Source: Mytilus californianus (taxonomy: Eukaryota). Taken from it: a stretch of 64,000 bases of DNA. Numbering within the stretch: position 1 is the stretch's first letter; each line of letters starts with the position of its first letter. The DNA lies in the NCBI RefSeq assembly GCF_021869535.1, contig NW_026262593.1, positions 6,138,001-6,202,000 of the forward strand, given 5' to 3'. A program made the position numbers and the translations under genes. Positions 59,111 through 64,000 of the stretch are shown here, piece after piece. The notes under the pieces were generated by a model. The model did not search any database. It saw only the letters and a list, made by a program, of their open reading frames with translations, and had not been told where the DNA came from.

Positions 59111-60248
59111 TATGTTAATACTTGTTGAAGATACATTAATATTTTTGTCAGTCTTGTTACTTGTGCGCATTTATCATGTTTATGAAGGGCAACAACCAAT
59201 ACCAACACTAGTTTTCTTAGGAAAAGGTAAAATAATAAAAATACCGAACTCCAAGGAAAATTCTAAACGGAAAGTCCCTTAAAAATGGCAAAATCAAAAG
59301 TTCAAACATATCAAACGAATGGAAATCAATTGTCATATTCCTGACTTGGTACAGGCATTTCCTTATGTAGTGGATTAAAAATGGTTTTATAGCTAGCTAA
59401 ACCTCTCACTTGTATGACAGTCGCGTAATATTCCATTATATTGACAACAATGTGCGGGCAAAACAAACAGACACAATACCTGTTAAAACGTTTAAAACCC
59501 GCTGCATTTTATGCACCTGTCCTAAGTCAGGAGCCTGTTTTTCAGTGGTTGTCGTTTGTTGGTGTGGTTCATAAGTGTTTCTCGTTTCTCGTTTTTTATA
59601 TAGATTAGACCGTTGGTTTGCCTGTTTGAATTGTTTTACACTAGTCTTTTTGGGACCCTTTATAGCTTGCTGTTCGGTGTGAGCCAAGGCTCCGTGTCGA
59701 AGGCCGTACTTTGACCTATAATTGTTTACTTTTAACACATTGTGACTTGGATGGATAGTTGTCTCATTGGCACTCATACCACATCTTCTTATCTATATAA
59801 TAGGTAAAAATGTAAAAAATTGATGTACAGCAGTCAACGTTGTATTATTATCTTAATCACTATAAAACAAACAACTATGTCAACAAAGAAAAAACAAAAT
59901 GGCACGTAGACACTCTATAGACAAAGCACATAAGCTGCTATATTTACATTGATCACAATATAGCTCTTGGAATTATAACTGTTTTTATCATACATGATGC
60001 TTTTCAAATGACCACATAACCGTATATATAAATTTATTTTGTGTATATTGATAAACTGTTCTCCGAAAGAAGTCCTTGATAATAAGTGTATGGCAAATAA
60101 AACTGTTTATAATGACCTTACTGCTACATCATTAACGGCGAGGTACCCTGATAATGTTAGTGTCTATAAGAACATGGTTTCATAGAAATAAGTATTCGAA
60201 AGCATGTAAGTACAATACAGGAAAATACAACTTTAAGATTCAAACAGA

Positions 60249-61839
60249 CTCTTGTTTGGTTCAGTAACCCCTCTTGTTTGGTTTAGTAACCCCTCTTGTT
60301 TGGTTTAGTAACCCCTCTTGAGTAACCCCTCTTGTTTGGTTTAGTAACTCCTCTTTTTTGGTTTAGTAACCCCTCTTGAGTAACCCCTCTTGTTTGGTTT
60401 AGTAACCCCTCTTTTTTGGTTTAGTAACCCCTCTTGAGTAACCCCTCTTGTTTAGTTTAGTAACCCCTCTTGAATAACCCCTCTTGTTTGGTTTAGTAAC
60501 CCCTCTTGAGTAACCCCTCTTGTTTGGTTTAGTAACCCCTCTTGAGTAACCCCTCTTTTTTGGTTTAGTAACCCCTCTTGTTTGGTTTAGTAACCCCTCT
60601 TGAGTTACCCCTCTTGTTTGGTTTATTAACCCCTCTTGTTTGGTTTAGTAACCCTTCTTGAGTAACCCCTCTTTTTTTTGGTTGAGTAACCCCTCTTGTT
60701 TGGTTTAGTAACCCCTCTTGGTTTAGTAACCCCTCGTGTTTGGTTTAGTAACCCCTCTTGAGTAACCCCTCTTGAGTAACCCCTCTTTTTTGGTTTAGTA
60801 ACCCCTCTTGTTTGGTTTAGTAACCCCTCTTGTTTGGTTTAGTAACCCCTCTTGAGTAACCCCTCTTTTTTGGTTTAGTAACCCCTCTTGAGTAACCCCT
60901 CTTTTTTGGTTTAGTAACTTCTCTTGAGTAACCCCTCTTGTTTGGTTTAGTAACCCCTCTTGAGTAACCCCTCTTGTTTGGTTTAGTAACCCCTCTTGAG
61001 TAACCCCTCTTGTTTGGTTTAGTAACCCCTCTTGAGTAACCCCTCTTGTTTGGTTTAGTAACCCCTCTTGAGTAACCCCTCTTTTTTGGTTTAGTAACCC
61101 CTCTTGTTTGGTTTAGTAACCCCTCTTGAGTAACCCCTCTTGTTTGGTTTAGTAATCCCTCTTGTTTGGTTTAGTAACCCCTCTTGAGTAACCCCTCTTT
61201 TTTGGTTTAGTAACCCCTCTTGAGTAACCCCTCTTGTTTGGTTTAGTAACCCCTCTTGAGTAACCCCTCTTGTTTGGTTTAGTAACCCCTCTTGAGTAAC
61301 CCCTCTTGTTTGGTTTAGTAACCCCTCTTGAGTAACCCCTCTTTTTTGGTTTAGTAACCCCTCTTGTTTGGTTTAGTAACCCCTCTTGTTTGGTTTAGTA
61401 ACCCCTCTTGAGTAACCCCTCTTGTTTGGTTTAGTAACCCCTCTTGTTTGGTAACGTAACCCCTCTTGTTTGGTTTAGTAACCCCTCTTGAGTAACCCCT
61501 CTTGTTTGGTTTAGTAACCCCTCTTGAGTAACCCCTCTTTTTTGGTTTAGTAACCCCTCTTGAGTAACCCCTCTTGTTTGGTTTAGTAACCCCTCTTGAG
61601 TAACCCCTCTTGTTTGGTTTAGTAACCCCTCTTGAGTAACCCCTCTTGTTTGGTTTAGTAACCCCTCTTGAGTAACCCCTCTTTTTTGGTTTAGTAACCC
61701 CTCTTGTTTGGTTTAGTAACCCCTCTTGAGTAACCCCTCTTGTTTGGTTTAGTAACCCCTCTTGAGTAACCCCTCTTGTTTGGTTTAGTAACCCCTCTTG
61801 AGTAACCCCTCTTGTTTGGTTTAGTAACCCCTCTTGTTT
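60249..61839. repeat. Two-unit satellite: 14-bp core AGTAACCCCTCTTG with or without an 8-bp spacer TTTGGTTT
   Basis: About 1.6 kb of irregularly alternating 14- and 22-bp units. Confidence 0.97.
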
Positions 61840-62539
61840 AATCAAGTTATATTTGATATATTTGGTAATTTTTAAAATGCAAGCGTCTTTTAATATATAT
61901 TTTTATACTATTTTTAATATAAAATTAATTTGGTTTTTAATTTATATTGTTTTTATTTTCTATATTTTGAAAAAAAATTACCTAAGGTATGTCACAAGTC
62001 AATCTTTATAGTTGTTTTTTTTTAATATCTGTTATGTTTTTCGTTTGTTATAATACATGTCAATCATTGCGACTAATGTGACTATGATGAAATAAATTTA
62101 ATATTATTTTTTGTGTATGGTTTGTATTATTTGGCTCATGATTTTACTTAAAAGTAGAATATTTTTAGATATATTCGCTTATATATTATTTTGATTTCAA
62201 GTGAAATTAGATAAAATATTGTTTGAAATTTTCATTCATATTGTGTTTGGTTAGTTGTGAGGTTCGGATAATGTCAAGCAGTAATTTATATAGATTTATA
62301 CAGATATATTATTAAGAAAAACTTTATCCAGTCATAATTATAAACCAAGTGCACATTTTAAACTAACTAAACATATCCTGTTAATATGTCTTCAAATAAT
62401 ATAAAGAAAAAATACACCAATAATTTTCTGAGTCGGTATGAGTTGTCTATGTAGACGGTCCGGTTGTCTCACTTAACGGTCTTATTTGTTTTCATAAACG
62501 GTCCAATAGATATCAAAGGTACCAGGATTATAATTTAAT

Positions 62540-62583
62540 ACGCCAGACGCGCGTTTCGTCTACATAAGACTCATCAGTGACGC
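62540..62583 (-). ncRNA. Minimal type I hammerhead ribozyme, fully canonical
   Basis: GCGUCA CUGAUGA GUC UUAUGUA GAC GAAA C GCGC GUC^ UGGCGU; palindromic CGCGCG helix III, GUC cleavage triplet. Confidence 0.8.
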
Positions 62584-62868
62584 TCAGATCAAAATAGTTA
62601 TAAAGCCAAGTTATCTCGTATTTGTTTAACTGTATTTCCGAGAGACTGTGTACACTTGGACTTCCTGACACTACTATAACACGTAGTAGTCGTCTCAGCT
62701 TGAAAATATTTTTTTTTATCATCTCCCTAAAATAAATACAAGTAAATAAAATAAATTTAGTGTAAGATTTTTTAGTCATGTTTTTTTCAGATTCGCAAAA
62801 ATTGAAGGGAATTAAAATATTTCTACTTTCTATTTACATATCCTTTGCTTTCAAATGTTTAGTTTTGA

Positions 62869-62908
62869 GCGTTCCTGATTACGGAGTCCAGAAAAAAGCT
62901 TCGGACGC
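62869..62908 (+). ncRNA. Degenerate hammerhead motif of a third family
   Basis: GCGUUC CUGAUUA CGG AGU CCA GAAA A AAGC UUC GGACGC; helix I pairs but the core is mutated (CUGAUUA). Confidence 0.45.
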
Positions 62909-64000
62909 ATTAAAATTTGTATAAAAAAAGGTTCTGTATTTGATATTTAACATTTGTCTAACATTCGTATATATTTTAGAATGCATGATGCTAATTGCAA
63001 TTGGGTCAAGCTAGGGATCAAGCGTGTACAAATGATTATAAAGAATAAAACATTATTAGTAAACAGATCAATAGTTAAATCATGTATATGAGAAAAAGCC
63101 GGTAGGGAAATGCTTCATTTGACACTTGTTTAAAATCTCCAACTGGAAGCTGTTTTTGGGTCTATTTATAACCAATTTCTGTAGATTAAGAGAAAAATGT
63201 AATTTTGTTGATTATTGATTTCATCGTTTTGACAAATTCAGCATACAAAGATTGCATTTTGATGAATATTAAAATTTTTGTCCACGGAATCCACAAAAAA
63301 TATTACACCATTTATAATCATAAATCCACACTGCACTTTTTAGCGCCAACCATTTTGATTAACAGGTAGATTGTGATGTGATGTTGATTTTATTATTCAT
63401 TTCTCGATGCTGATAACACAATGAACAAAAACAACTTTCTCATCCTAATACAAACATTCCCGTTCTCGTATTCATTGAAGGTATTGTTCTGTAATTCAAG
63501 GAAAGATATGTCTGTGGCTAAGAAAGTGATGTTTAATTGTGAAAGCACCTTTATTTAATTATTACAGTTTCCTGGTAGTGTAAGCCTAGTTACGTCCCTT
63601 TGTCCCAATCGGACTATCTTTTTCTAAACACAGTAGTAACATCTAACCATGGCACAGGTACTTCATTGTAAATATGTCAATTAATAAAATTTTGTTTGTT
63701 TCACAAACATGTTTACTGATTATTACAACATAGTTGTCATTAAATTTTGTACACACCTATGTGTTTTATACCTACATGTATGTACAGTATAACAGCAGTA
63801 CTTGGAGTTAGTGTTAGTCTTGTCGGAACAAATTTTAAGAGGATGATTCAAATTATTTGGAGTTTAAACATAATTGTTTACAAAACTATCCTTCTGTATG
63901 CTGTGTTGTAAATTAAGAAGCGTCTAACAAAAATATAAAAGTTTGAAAGTTTTGTCTTTTAAAATGGAATAGATTTTAAAGACCACCGACTCGCTGACCA

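Noticed and set aside
60249-61839. True telomere or interstitial (TTAGGG)n tract
   Set aside because: TAACCC occurs only once per 14-22-bp unit, never as tandem hexamers.
61351-61845. 164-aa ORF (TQEGLLNQTRGV / KPNKRGYSRGVT repeats)
   Set aside because: Translation of the 36-bp satellite period; no gene context.

Overview
AT-rich eukaryotic (animal) DNA with GT-AG introns. The repeat landscape and the C1q-domain gene suggest a bivalve, probably Mytilus (inference). 472-28587 (+): the 3' part of a nephrocystin-4 (NPHP4) gene, reconstructed as 21 phase-consistent exons (3483 nt, 1160 aa + stop); the 5' exons lie left of the window. 35102-36221 (+): a complete 3-exon secreted globular C1q-domain gene (186 aa). 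43931-45550 (+): a 5'-truncated, frameshifted Penelope-like retroelement with a C-terminal RT. The rest is non-autonomous TIR transposons (5-, 6-, 8- and 4-bp TSDs), Helentron-type elements, interspersed repeats and a two-unit satellite (60.2-61.8 kb). Two things stand out. (1) Several NPHP4 exons are followed by tandem copies of their own 3' end plus donor site. The youngest is a 17 x 87-bp fully in-frame array with 16 intact GT donors and mostly synonymous differences between copies, which could allow splice-tunable repeat number. (2) About 14 minimal type I hammerhead-ribozyme motifs from three sequence families occur, including a 7-unit tandem retrozyme-like array (32.2-34.4 kb, - strand) whose individually imperfect ribozymes could complement each other as dimers. 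All coordinates were read by hand. Repeat boundaries are approximate and no database search was run.
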